Assembly (NCBI GenBank): GCA_964016885.1
Contig: OZ024744.1
Coordinates: 10,044,001-10,108,000, forward strand
Length of the DNA: 64,000 bases
From: Eledone cirrhosa
Lineage: Eukaryota
Reading direction: 5' to 3'
Part shown: positions 37,940-52,900 of the stretch, piece by piece
How positions within the stretch are numbered: the first letter of the stretch is position 1
Layout: every line of letters starts with the position of its first letter
Notes under the pieces: generated by a model
What the model was told of the DNA's origin: nothing
Databases searched by the model: none
What the model saw: only the letters and a program-made list of their open reading frames with translations
Program-made: the position numbers and the translations under genes

Positions 37940-40900
37940 CTAGGTGTCACAACAAAAAGTACCCAGTCCACACTGTAAAGTGGACATGTAGGTGTCACAA
38001 CAAAATATACCCAGTCCACACTGTAAATTGGTCATGTAGGTGTCACAACAAAAAGTACCCAGTACACACTGTAAAGTAGTCATGTAGGTGTCATGACAAA
38101 AAGTACCCAGTCCACACTGTAAATTGGTCATGTAGGTGTCACAACAAAAAGTACCCAGTCCACACTGTAAAGTAGTCATGCAGGTGTCACAACAAAAAGC
38201 ACCCAGTCCACACTGTAAAGTGGTCATGTAGGTGTCATGACAAAAAGTACCCAGTCCACACTGTAAAGTGGTCATGTAGGTGTCACAACAAAAAGTATCC
38301 TGTCCACACTGTAAAGTAGTCATGTAGGTGTCACTACAAAAAGCACCTAGTACACTCTGTAAAGTGGTCATGTAGGCGTCACAACAAAAATTACCCAGTC
38401 CACATAGTAAACTGGACATGTAGGTGTCACAACAAAAAGTACCCAATTCACACTGTAAACTGGTCATGTATGTTGCAAAACAAAATGTACCTAGTCCACT
38501 GTGTAAACTGGTCATGTAGGTGTCACAACAAACATTATCCTGTCCACACTGTAAAATGGAAATGTTGGTGTCACAACAAAAGGTACCCAGTCCAAAGTGT
38601 AAAGTGGACATGTAGGTGTCACAACAAAAATTACCCAGTCCACACCGTAAAGTAGTCATGTAGGTGTCACAACAACAAGTAATCTGCCCACACTCTAATG
38701 TGGTCATGTAGGTGTCACGACAAAAATTACCCAATCCACACTGTAAATGGTCATATAGGTGTCACACCAAAAAGCACCAAGACCACACTGTAAACTGGTC
38801 ATGTAGGTGTCACAACAAAAAGTACCCAGTCCACACTGTAAAGTGGACATGTACGTGTTACAACAAAAAGCACATAGTACACTCTGTAAAGTGATCATGT
38901 AGGTTTCACAACTAAATATACCGAGTCCACACTGTAAACTGGTAACGTAGGTGTTACAACAAAAAGGACCCAATCCACACTGTAAACTGGTCATGTAGTT
39001 GTCACAACAAAAAGTACCCAGTACACACTCTAAAGTGGACAAGTAGGTGTCACAATAAAAAGCACCTAGTACACACTGTAAAGTGGTCAGGAAGGTGTCA
39101 CAACAAAAGGCACCCAGTACACACTGTGAAGGGGGCATGTAGGTGTCACAACAAAAAGTACCCAGTCCACACTGTAAAGTGGACATGTAGGTGTCACAAG
39201 AAAATCACCTAGTACACTCTGTAAAGTGGTCATGTAGGTGTCACAACAAAAAGTAACTAGTACACACTGTTAGGTGGTCATGTAGGTGTCACAACAAAAA
39301 GTATCCTGTCCACACTGTAAAGTGGACATGTAGGTGTCACAACAAAAGGCACCCAGTACACACTGTAAACTGGTTATGTAGGTGATGCAACAAAAAGTAT
39401 TCTGTCCACACTGTAAAGTGGACATGTAGGTGTCACAATAAAAGGCACACACTGTAAAAGGGGTCATGTAGGTGTCACAACAACAAGTACTCTGCCCCCA
39501 CTGTGAAGTGGTCATGTAGGTGTCGCAACAAAAAGTACCCAGTACACACTGAAAACTGGTCATGTAGGTGGCACAACAAAAAGTAATCTGTCCACACTGT
39601 AAATTTGACATGTGGGTGTCACAACAAAAAGTACCCAGTACACACTGTAAAGTGGTCATGTAGGTGTCACAACAAAATGTATCCAGTGCACACTGTAAAG
39701 AGGTCATGTAGGTGTCCCAACAAAAAGTACCCAGTTCACACTGTAAAGTGGACATGTAGGTGTCACAAGAAAATCACCTAGTACACTCTGTAAAGTGGTC
39801 ATGTAGGTGTCACAACAAAAAGTAACTAGTACACACTGTTAGGTGGTCATGTAGGTGTCACAACAAAAAGTATCCTGTCCACACTGTAAAGTGGACATGT
39901 AGGTGTCACAACAAAAGGCACCCAGTACACACTGTAAACTGGTTATGTAGGTGATGCAACAAAAAGTATTCTGTCCACACTGTAAAGTGGACATGTAGGT
40001 GTCACAATAAAAGGCACACACTGTAAAAGGGGTCATGTAGGTGTCACAACAACAAGTACTCTGCCCCCACTGTGAAGTGGTCATGTAGGTGTCGCAACAA
40101 AAAGTACCCAGTACACACTGAAAACTGGTCATGTAGGTGGCACAACAAAAAGTATTCTGTCCACACTGTAAATTTGACATGTGGGTGTCACAACAAAAAG
40201 TACCCAGTACACACTGTAAAGTGGTCATGTAGGTGTCACAACAAAATGTATCCAGTGCACACTGTAAAGAGGTCATGTAGGTGTCCCAACAAAAAGTACC
40301 CAGTTCACACTGTAAAGTGGTCATGTAGGTGTCACAACAAAATGTATCACGTGCACACTGTAAACTGGTCATGTAGGTGTCACAACAAAATGTACCCAGT
40401 ACACACTGTAAACTGGTCATGTAGGTGTCTAAACAAAGAGTACTCAGTACACACTGTAAAGTAGTCATGTTGGTGTCTCAATAAAAGGCACCCAGTCCAA
40501 ACTGTAAAATGGACATGTAGGTGTCACAACAAAAAGCACCTAGTACACACTGTAGGTGTCACAACAAAAATATCCAGTGCACACTGTAAAGTGGTCATGT
40601 AGGTGTCACAACACGATGTACGCAGTCCACACTGTAAAGTGGTCATGTAGATCACAACAAAAATTAGCCAGTACACACTGTAAAGTGGTCATGTATGTGT
40701 CACAACAAAACGTATCCAGTCCACACTGTTAATGGTCATGTAGGTGTCACAACAACAAGTACCCAGTCCACACTGTAAAGTGGTCATGTAGGTGTCACAA
40801 CAAAAAGTACCCAGTCCACACTGTAAACTGGTCATATAGGTGTCACAACAAAAAGTACCCAGTCCACACTGTAAACTGGTCATGTAGGTGTCACAACAAA

Positions 40901-43900
40901 ATGTATCCTGTCCACACTGTAAAGTGGTCAAGTAGGTGTCACAACAAAATATACCCAGTCCACACTGTAAATTGGTCATGTAGGTGTCATGACAAAAAGT
41001 ACCCAGTCCACACTGTAAAGTGGTCATGTAGGTGTCACAACAAAAAGTATCCTGTCCACACTGTAAAGTAGTCATGTAGGTGTCACAACAAAAAGCACCT
41101 AGTACACTCTGTAAAGTGGTCATGTAGGCGTCACAACAAAAAGTATTCTGTCCACACTGTAAATTTGACATGTGGGTGTCACAACAAAAAGTACCCAGTA
41201 CACACTGTAAAGTGGTCATGTAGGTGTCACAACAAAATGTATCCAGTGCACACTGTAAAGAGGTCATGTAGGTGTCCCAACAAAAAGTACCCAGTACACA
41301 CTGTAAAGTGGTCATGTAGGTGGCACAACAAAAAGTATTCTGTCCACACTGTAAATTTGACATGTGGGTGTCACAACAAAAAGTACCCAGTACACACTGT
41401 AAAGTGGTCATGTAGGTGTCACAACAAAATGTATCCAGTGCACACTGTAAAGAGGTCATGTAGGTGTCCCAACAAAAAGTACCCAGTACACACTGTAAAG
41501 TGTTCATGTAGGTGTCACAACAAAATGTATCAAGTGCACACTGTAAACTGGTCATGTTGGTGTCACAACAAAAGGCACCCAGTCCAAACTGTAAAATGGA
41601 CATGTAAGAGTCACAACAAAAAGTATCCTGTCCACAATATAAGGTGGACATGTAGGTGTCACAACAAAAAGCACCTAGTACACACTGTAGGTGTCACAAC
41701 AAAAATATCCAGTGCACACTGTAAAGTGGTCATGTAGGTGTCACAACACGATGTACGCAGTCCACACTGTAAAGTGGTCATGTAGATCACAACAAAAATT
41801 ACCCAGTACACACTGTAAAGTGGTCATGTATGTGTCACAACAAAAAGTATCCAGTCCACACTGTTAATGGTCATGTAGGTGTCACAACAACAAGTACCCA
41901 GTCCACACAGTAAAGTGGTCATGTAGGTGTCACAACAAAAAGTACCCAGTCCAGACTGTAAACTGGTCATATAGGTGTCACAACAAAAAGTACCCAGTCC
42001 ACACTGTAAACTGGTCATGTAGGTGTCACAACAAAATGTATCCTGTCCACACTGTAAAATGGTCATGTAGGTGTCACAACAAAAATATACCCAGTCCACA
42101 CTGTAAATTGGTCATGTAGGTGTCATGACAAAAAGTACCCAGTCCACACTGTAAAGTGGTCATGTAGGTTTCACAACAACAAGTACTCTGCCCACACTGT
42201 AAAGTGGTCATGTAGGTGTCACAACAAAAAGTATCCTGTCCACACTGTAAAGTCGTCATGTAGGTGTCACAACAAAAAGCACCTAGTACACTCTGTAAAG
42301 TGGTCATGTAGGCGTCACAACAAAAATTACCCAGTCCACATAGTAAACTGGACATGTAGGTGTCACAACAAAAAGTACCCAATTCACACTGTAAACTGGT
42401 CATGTATGTTGCAAAACAAAATGTACCTAGTCCACTGTGTAAACTGGTGATGTATGTGTCACAACAAACATTATCCTCTCCACACTGTAAAATGGACATG
42501 TTGGTGTCACAACAAAAGGTACCCGGTCCAAAGTGTAAAGTGGACATGTAGGTGTCACAACAAAAATTACCCAGTCCACACCGTAAAGTAGTCATGTAGG
42601 TGTCACAACAACAAGTACTCTGCCCACACTCTAAAGTGGTCATGTAGGTGTCACAACAAAAATTAGCCAATCCAAACTGTAAACTGGTCATATAGGTGTC
42701 ACACCAAAAAGCACCAAGACCACACTGTAAACTGGTCATGTAGGTGTCACAACAAAAAGTACCCAGTCCACACTGTAAAGTGGTCATGTAGATGACACAA
42801 CAAAAATTACATAGTACACAATGTAAAGTGGTCATGTAGGTGTCACAACAAAAAGTAACCAGTACACACTGTAAACTGGTCATGTAGGTGTCACAACAAA
42901 AAGTACCCAATCCACACTGTAAACTGCTCATATAGGTGTCACAACAAAAATTACCCAGTCCACACTGTAAAGTGGACATGTAGGTGTCAACAAAATGCAA
43001 CTAGTACACACTGTAAAGTGGTCATGTAGGTGTCACAACAAAAGGTACCCAGTACACTCTGTAAAGCGGTCATGTAGGTGTCACAACAAAAGGTACCCAG
43101 TCCACACTGTAAAGTGGTCATGTAGGTATCACAACAAAAGGCACCCAGTACACACTGTAAAGTGGTCATGTAGGTGTCACAACAAAAAGTACCCAGTACA
43201 CACTGTAAAGTAGTCATGTAGGTGTAACAACAAAAAATACCCAGTCCACACTGTAAAGTAGTCATGTATGTGTCACAACAACAAGTACCCAGTCCACACT
43301 GTAAAGTGGTGATGTAGGTGTCACAACAAAAAGTACCTCGTACACACTGTAAAGTGGTGATGTAGGTCTCACAACAAAAAGTATCCAGTCCACACTGTAA
43401 AGTAGTCATGTAGTTGTGACAATAACAAGTACTCTCCCCAGACGGTAAAGTGGTCATGTAGGTGTTACATCAAAAATATCCTGTCCACACTGTAAAGTGG
43501 TGATGTAGGTGTCACAACAAAAAGTACCTAGTACACACTGTAAAGTGTTTATGTTGGTGTCACAACAAAAGGCACCTAGTACACACTGTAAAGTAGTCAT
43601 GTAGGTGTCGCAACAAAATGTACGCAGTCCCCACTGGAAAGTGGTCATGTAGGCATCACAAGAAAAAGTAACTAGCTCACACACTGTGAAGTGGTCATGT
43701 AGGTGTCAAAACAAAAATTACCCAGTACAAACTTTAAAGTGGTCATGTAGGTGTCACAACAAAAAGTACCCAGTACACACTGTAAAGTGGTCATGTAGGT
43801 TTCACAACAACAAGTACTCTGCCCACACTGTAAAGTGGTCATGTAGGTGTCACAACAAAAAGTATCCTGTCCACACTGTAAAGTCGTCATGTAGGTGTCA

Positions 43901-46900
43901 CAACAAAAAGCACCTAGTACACTCTGTAAAGTGGTCATGTAGGCGTCACAACAAAAATTACCCAGTCCACATAGTAAACTGGACATGTAGGTGTCACAAC
44001 AAAAAGTACCCAATTCACACTGTAAACTGGTCATGTATGTTGCAAAACAAAATGTACCTAGTCCACTGTGTAAACTGGTGATGTATGTGTCACAACAAAC
44101 ATTATCCTCTCCACACTGTAAAATGGACATGTTGGTGTCACAACAAAAGGTACCCGGTCCAAAGTGTAAAGTGGACATGTAGGTGTCACAACAAAAATTA
44201 CCCACTCCACACCGTAAAGTAGTCATGTAGGTGTCACAACAACAAGTACTCTGCCCACACTCTAAAGTGGTCATGTAGGTGTCACAACAAAAATTAGCCA
44301 ATCCAAACTGTAAACTGGTCATATAGGTGTCACACCAAAAAGCACCAAGACCACACTGTAAACTGGTCATGTAGGTGTCACAACAAAAAGTACCCAGTCC
44401 ACACTGTAAAGTGGTCATGTAGATGACACAACAAAAATTACATAGTACACAATGTAAAGTGGTCATGTAGGTGTCACAACAAAAAGTAACCAGTACACAC
44501 TGTAAACTGGTCATGTAGGTGTCACAACAAAAAGTACCCAATCCACACTGTAAACTGCTCATATAGGTGTCACAACAAAAATTACCCAGTCCACACTGTA
44601 AAGTGGACATGTAGGTGTCAACAAAATGCAACTAGTACACACTGTAAAGTGGTCATGTAGGTGTCACAACAAAAGGTACCCAGTACACTCTGTAAAGCGG
44701 TCATGTAGGTGTCACAACAAAAGGTACCCAGTCCACACTGTAAAGTGGTCATGTAGGTGTCACAACAAAAGGCACCCAGTACACACTGTAAAGTGGTCAT
44801 GTAGGTGTCACAACAAAAAGTACCCAGTACACACTGTAAAGTAGTCATGTAGGTGTAACAACAAAAAATACCCAGTCCACACTGTAAAGTAGTCATGTAT
44901 GTGTCACAACAACAAGTACCCAGTCCACACTGTAAAGTGGTGATGTAGGTGTCACAACAAAAAGTACCTCGTACACACTGTAAAGTGGTGATGTAGGTGT
45001 CACAACAAAAAGTATCCAGTCCACACTGTAAAGTAGTCATGTAGTTGTGACAATAACAAGTACTCTCCCCAGACGGTAAAGTGGTCATGTAGGTGTTACA
45101 TCAAAAATATCCTGTCCACACTGTAAAGTGGTGATGTAGGTGTCACAACAAAAAGTACCTAGTACACACTGTAAAGTGTTTATGTTGGTGTCACAACAAA
45201 AGGCACCTAGTACACACTGTAAAGTAGTCATGTAGGTGTCGCAACAAAATGTACGCAGTCCCCACTGGAAAGTGGTCATGTAGGCATCACAAGAAAAAGT
45301 AACTAGCTCACACACTGTGAAGTGGTCATGTAGGTGACAAAACAAAAATTACCCAGTACAAACTTTAAAGTGGTCATGTAGGTGTCACAACAAAAAGTAC
45401 CCAGTACACACTGTAAAGTGTCATGTAGGTGTCACAACAAAAATTACCCAGTACAAACTTTAAAGTGGTCATGTAGGTGTCACAACAAAAAGAACCCAGT
45501 ACACACTGTAAAGTGGTAATGTACGTGTCACAACAAAAATTACCCAGTCCACACTGTAAAGTGGTCATGTAGGTGTCACAACAAAAATTACACAGTCCAC
45601 ACTGCAAAGTGGTCAAGTAGGTGTCACAACAAAATGTACCCAGTCCACACTGTAAAGTAGTCATGTAGATATCACAACAACAAGTACTCTGCCCACACTG
45701 TAAAGTGGTCATGTAGGTGTCACAACAAAAAGTATCCTGTCCACACTGTAAAGTTCACATGTAGGTGTCACAACAAAAAGTATCCTGTCCACACTGTAAA
45801 GTGGACATGTACGTGTTACAACAAAAAGCACCTAGTACACTCTGTAAAGTGATCATGTAGGTTTCACAACTAAATATACCGAGTCCACACTGTAAACTGG
45901 TAACGTAGGTGTTACAACAAAAAGGACCCAATCCACACTGTAAACTGGTCATGTAGTTGTCACAACAAAAAGAACCCAGTACACGCTCTAAAGTGGACAA
46001 GTAGGTGTCACAATAAAAAGCACCTAGTACACACTGTAAAGTGGTCAGGAAGGTGTCACAACAAAAGGCACCCAGTACACACTGTGAAGGGGGCATGTAG
46101 ATGTCACAACAAAAAGTACCCAGTCCACACTGTAAAGTGGACATGTAGGTGTCACAAGAAAATCACCTAGTACACTCTGTAAAGTGGTCATGTAGGTGTC
46201 ACAACAAAAAGTATCCTGTCCACACTGTAAAGTGGACATGTAGGTGTCACAACAAAAGCACCCAGTACACACTGTAAACTGGTCATGTAGGTGATGCAAC
46301 AAAAAGTATTCTGTCCACACTGTAAAGTGGACATGTAGGTGTCACAATAAAAGGCACACACTGTAAAAGGGGTCATGTAGGTGTCACAACAACAAGTACT
46401 CTGCCCCCACTGTGAAGTGGTCATGTAGGTGTCGCAACAAAAAGTACCCAGTACACACTGAAAACTGGTCATGTAGGTGGCACAACAAAAAGTATTCTGT
46501 CCACACTGTAAATTTGACATGTGGGTGTCACAACAAAAAGTACCCAGTACACACTGTAAAGTGGTCATGTAGGTGTCACAACAAAATGTATCCAGTGCAC
46601 ACTGTAAAGAGGTCATGTAGGTGTCCCAACAAAAAGTACCCAGTACACACTGTAAAGTGGTCATGTAGGTGTCACAACAAAATGTATCAAGTGCACACTG
46701 TAAACTGGTCATGTTGGTGTCACAACAAAAGGCACCCAGTCCAAACTGTAAAATGGACATGTAGGAGTCACAACAAAAAGTATCCTGTCCACAATGTAAG
46801 GTGGACATGTAGGTGTCACAACAAAAAGCACCTAGTACACACTGTAGGTGTCACAACAAAAATATCCAGTGCACACTGTAAAGTGGTCATGTAGGTGTCA

Positions 46901-49900
46901 TGACAAAAAGTACCCAGTCCACACTGTAAATTGGTCATGTAGGTGTCATGACAAAAAGTACCCAGTCCACACTGTAAAGTGGTCATGTAGGTGTCACAAC
47001 AACAAGTACTCTGCCCACACTGTAAAGTGGTCATGTAGGTGTCACAACAAAAAGCACCTAGTACACACTGTAGGTGTCACAACAAAAATATCGAGTGCAC
47101 ACTGTAAAGTGGTCATGTAGGTGTCACAACACGATGTACGCAGTCTACACTGTAAAGTGGTCATGTAGATCACAACAAAAATTACCCAGTACACACTGTA
47201 AAGTGGTCATGTATGTGTCACAACAAAAAGTATCCAGTCCACACTGTTAATGGTCATGTAGGTGTCACAACAACAAGTACCCAGTCCACACTGTAAAGTG
47301 GTCATGTAGGTGTCACAACAAAAAGTACCCAGTCCAGACTGTAAACTGGTCATATAGGTGTCACAACAAAAAGTACCCAGTCCACACTGTAAACTGGTCA
47401 TGTAGGTGTCACAACAAAATGTATCCTGTCCACACTGTAAAGTGGTCATGTAGGTGTCACAACAAAATATACCCAGTCCACACTGTAAATTGGTCATGTA
47501 GGTGTCACGACAAAAAGCACCCAGTCCACACTGTAAAGTGGTCATGTAGGTGTCACAACAACAAGTACTCTGCCCACACTGTAAAGTGGTCATGTAGGTG
47601 TCACAACAAAAAGTATCCTGTCCACACTGTAAAGTCGTCATGTAGGTGTCACAACAAAAAGCACCTAGTACACTCTGTAAAGTGGTCATGTAGGCGTCAC
47701 AACAAAAATTACCCAGTCCACATAGTAAACTGGACATGTAGGTGTCACAACAAAAAGTACCCAATTCACACTGTAAACTGGTCATGTATGTTGCAAAACA
47801 AAATGTACCTAGTCCACTGTGTAAACTGGTGATGTATGTGTCACAACAAACATTATCCTCTCCACACTGTAAAATGGACATGTTGGTGTCACAACAAAAG
47901 GTACCCGGTCCAAAGTGTAAAGTGGACATGTAGGTGTCACAACAAAAATTACCCAGTCCACACCGTAAAGTAGTCATGTAGGTGTCACAACAACAAGTAC
48001 TCTGCCCACACTCTAAAGTGGTCATGTAGGTGTCACAACAAAAATTACCCAATCCAAACTGTAAACTGGTCATATAGGTGTCACACCAAAAAGCACCAAG
48101 ACCACACTGTAAACTGGTCATGTAGGTGTCACAACAAAATGTACCCAGTCCACACTGTAAAGTGGTCATATAGATGTCACAACAAAAAGTACCCAGTCCA
48201 CACTGTAAAGTGGTCATGTAGGTGTCACAACAAAAATTACATAGTACACAATGTAAAGTGGTCATGTAGGTGTCACAACAAAAAGTAACCAGTACACACT
48301 GTAAACTGGTCATGTAGGTGTCACAACAAAAAGTAACCAGTACACACTGTAAACTGGTCATGTAGGTGTCACAACAAAAAGTACCCAATCCACACTGTAA
48401 ACTGCTCATATAGGTGTCACAACAAAAATTACCCAGTCAACACTGTAAAGTGGACATGTAGGTGTCAACAAAATGCAACTAGTACACACTGTAAAGTGGT
48501 CATGTAGGTGTCACAACAAAAGGTACCCAGTACACTCTGTAAACTGGTCATGTAGGTGTCACAACAAAAGGCACCCAGTACACACTGTAAAGAGGTCATG
48601 TAGGTGTCACAACAAAAAGTACCCAGTACACACTGTAAAGTAGTCATGTAGGTGTAACAACAAAAAATACCCAGTCCACACTGTAAAGTAGTCATGTATG
48701 TGTCACAACAACAAGTACCCAGTCCACACTGTAAAGTGGTGATGTAGGTGTCACAACAAAAAGTACCTCGTACACACTGTAAAGTGGTGATGTAGGTGTC
48801 ACAACAAAAAGTATCCAGTCCACACTGTAAAGTAGTCATGTAGTTGTGACAATAACAAGTACTCTCCCCAGACGGTAAAGTGGTCATGTAGGTGTCACAT
48901 CAAAAATATCCTGTCCACACTGTAAAGTGGTGATGTAGGTGTCACAACAAAAAGTACCTAGTACACACTGTAAAGTGTTTATGTTGGTGTCACAACAAAA
49001 GGCACCTAGTACACACTGTAAAGTAGTCATGTAGGTGTCGCAACAAAAGGTACCCAGTCCCCACTGGAAAGTGGTCATGTAGGTGTCACAAGAAAAAGTA
49101 ACTACCTCACACACTGTGAAGTGGTCATGTAGGTGCCACAACAAAAATTACCCAGTACAAACTTTAAAGTGGTCATGTAGGTGTCACAACAAAAAGTACC
49201 CAGTACACACTGTAAAGTGGTCATGTACGTGTCACAACAAAAATTACCCAGTCCACACTGTAAAGTGGTCATGTAGGTGTCACAACAAAAATTACACAGT
49301 CCACACTGTAAAGTGGTCAAGTAGGTATCACAACAAAATGTACCCAGTCCACACTGTAAAGTAGTCATGTAGATATCACAACAACAAGTACTCTGCCCAC
49401 ACTGTAAAGTGGTCATGTAGGTGTCACAACAAAAAGTATCCTGTCCACACTGTAAAGTTCACATGTATGTGTCACAACAAAAGTATCCTGTCCACAATGT
49501 AAAGTACACATGTAGGTGTCACAACAAAATATACCCAGTCCACACTGTAAATTGGTCATGTAGGTGTCACAACAAAAAGTACCCAGTACACACTGTAAAG
49601 TAGTCATGTAGGTGTCACAACAAAAAGTACCCAGTCCACACTGTAAAGTGGTCATGTAGGTGTCACAACAAAAAGTACCCAGTCCAGACTGTAAACTGGT
49701 CATATAGGTGTCACAACAAAAAGTACCCAGTCCACACTGTAAACTGGTCATGTAGGTGTCACAACAAAATGTATCCTGTCCACACTGTAAAGTGGTCATG
49801 TAGGTGTCACAACAAAATATACCCAGTCCACACTGTAAATTGGTCATGTAGGTGTCATGACAAAAAGTACCCAGTCCACACTGTAAAGTGGTCATGTAGG

Positions 49901-52900
49901 TGTCACAACAACAAGTACTCTGCCCACACTGTAAAGTGGTCATGTAGGTGTCACAACAAAAAGTATCCTGTCCACACTGTAAAGTCGTCATGTAGGTGTC
50001 ACAACAAAAAGCACCTAGTACACTCTGTAAAGTGGTCATGTAGGCGTCACAACAAAAATTACCCGGTCCACATAGTAAACTGGACATGTAGGTGTCACAA
50101 CAAAAAGTACCCAATTCACACTGTAAACTTGTCATGTATGTTGCAAAACAAAATGTACCTAGTCCACTGTGTAAACTGGTGATGTATGTGTAACAACAAA
50201 CATTATCCTCTCCACACTGTAAAATGGTGTCACAACAAAAGGTACCCGGTCCAAAGTGTAAAGTGGACATGTAGGTGTCACAACAAAAATTACCCAGTCC
50301 ACACCGTAAAGTAGTCATGTAGGTGTCACAACAACAAGTACTCTGCCCACACTCTAAAGTGGTCATGTAGGTGTCACAACAAAAATTACCCAATCCAAAC
50401 TGTAAACTGGTCATATAGGTGTTACACCAAAAAGCACCAAGACCACACTGTAAACTGGTCATGTAGGTGTCACAACAAAATGTACCCAGTCCACACTGTA
50501 AAGTGGTCATATAGATGTCACAACAAAAAGTACCCAGTCCACACTGTAAAGTGGTCATGTAGGTGTCACAACAAAAATTACATAGTACACAATGTAAAGT
50601 GGTCATGTAGGTGTCACAACAAAAAGTAACCAGTACACACTGTAAACTGGTCATGTTGGTGTCACAACAAAAAGTACCCAATCCACACTGTAAACTGCTC
50701 ATATAGGTGTCACAACAAAAATTACCCAGTCAACACTGTAAAGTGGACATGTAGGTGTCAACAAAATGCAACTAGTACACACTGTAAAGTGGTCATGTAG
50801 GTGTCACAACAAAAGGTACCCAGTACACTCTGTAAACTGGTCATGTAGGTGTCACAACAAAAGGCACACAGTACACACTGTAAAGTGGTCATGTAGGTGT
50901 CACAACAAAAAGTACCCAGTACACACTGTAAAGTAGTCATGTAGGTGTAACAACAAAAAATACCCAATCCACACTGTAAAGTAGTCATGTATGTGTCACA
51001 ACAACAAGTACCCAGTCCACACTGTAAAGTGGTGATGTAGGTGTCACAACAAAATGTACCTCGTACACACTGTAAAGTGGTGATGTAGGTGTCACAACAA
51101 AAAGTATCCAGTCCACACTGTAAAGTAGTCATGTAGTTGTGACAATAACAAGTACTCTCCCCAGACGGTAAAGTGGTCATGTAGGTGTCACATCAAAAAT
51201 ATCCTGTCCACACTGTAAAGTGGTGATGTAGGTGTCACAACAAAAAGTACCTAGTACACACTGTAAAGTGTTTATGTTGGTGTCACAACAAAAGGCACCT
51301 AGTACACACTGTAAAGTAGTCATGTAGGTGTCGCAACAAAAGGTACCCAGTCCCCACTGGAAAGTGGTCATGTAGGTATCACAAGAAAAAGTAACTACCT
51401 CACACACTGTGAAGTGGTCATGTAGGTGCCACAACAAAAATTACCCAGTACAAACTTTAAAGTGGTCATGTAGGTGTCACAACAAAAAGTACCCAGTACA
51501 CACTGTAAAGTGGTCATGTAGGTGTCACAACAAAAATTACCCAGTACAAACTTTAAAGTGGTCATGTAGGTGTCACAACAAAAAGTACCCAGTACACACT
51601 GTAAAGTGGTCATGTACGTGTCACAACAAAAATTACCCAGTCCACACTGTAAAGTGGTCATGTAGGTGTCACAACAAAAATTACACAGTCCACACTGTAA
51701 AGTGGTCAAGTAGGTATCACAACAAAATGTACCCAGTCCACACTGTAAAGTAGTCATGTAGATATCACAACAACAAGTACTCTGCCCACACTGTAAAGTG
51801 GTCATGTAGGTGTCACAACAAAAAGTTCCTGTCCACACTGTATAGTTCACATGTAGGTGTCACAACAAAAAGTATCCTGTCCACAATGTAAAGTACACAT
51901 GTAGGTGTCACAACAAAATATACCCAGTCCACACTGTAAATTGGTCGTGTAGGTGTCACAACAAAAAGTACCCAGTACACACTGTAAAGTAGTCATGTAG
52001 GTGTCACAACAAAAAGTACCCAGTCCACACTGTAAAGTGGTCATGTAGGTGTCACAACAAAAAGTACCCAGTACACACTGTAAAGTAGTCATGTAGGTGT
52101 CACAACAAAAAGTATCCTGTCCACACTGTAAAGTGGTCATGTAGGTTTCACAACAAAAAGTACCCAGTACACACTGTAAAGTGGTCATGTAGGTGTCATG
52201 ACAAGAAGTACCCAGTCCACACTGTAAAGTGGTCATGTAGGTGTCACAACAAAAAGTACCCAGTCCACACTGTAAAGTGGTCATGTATGTATCACAACAA
52301 ACAGCACCCAGTCCACCCAAGTACTTTCCCCAGACGGTAAAGTGGTCATGTAGGTGTTACATCAAAAATATCCTGTCCACACTGTAAAGTGGTGATGTAG
52401 GTGTCACAACAAAAGGCACCTAGTACACACTGTAAAGTAGTCATGTAGGTGTCGCAACAAAAGGTACCCAGTCCCCACTGGAAAGTGGTCATGTAGGTGT
52501 CACAAGAAAAAGTAACTACCTCACACACTGTGAAGTGGTCATGTAGGTGCCACAACAAAAATTACCCAGTACAAACTTTAAAGTGGTCATGTAGGTGTCA
52601 CAACAAAAAGTACCCAGTACACACTGTAAAGTGGTCATGTACGTGTCACAACAAAAATTACCCAGTCCACACTGTAAAGTGGTCATGTAGGTGTCACAAC
52701 AAAAGGTACCCAGTACACACTGTAGAGTGGTCATGTAGGTTTCACAACAAAAAGTATCCAGTACACACTGTAAAGTATTCATGTAGGTGTCACAACAACA
52801 AGTACTCTGCCCACACTGTAAAGTGGTCATGTAGGTGTCACAACAAAAAGTATCCTGTCCACACTGTAAAGTGGTCATGTAGGTTTCACAACAAAAAGTA

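Noticed and set aside
37198-38019. Poly-Val, poly-Gly and poly-Thr ORFs
   Set aside because: Translations of the CAC/CAA microsatellite.
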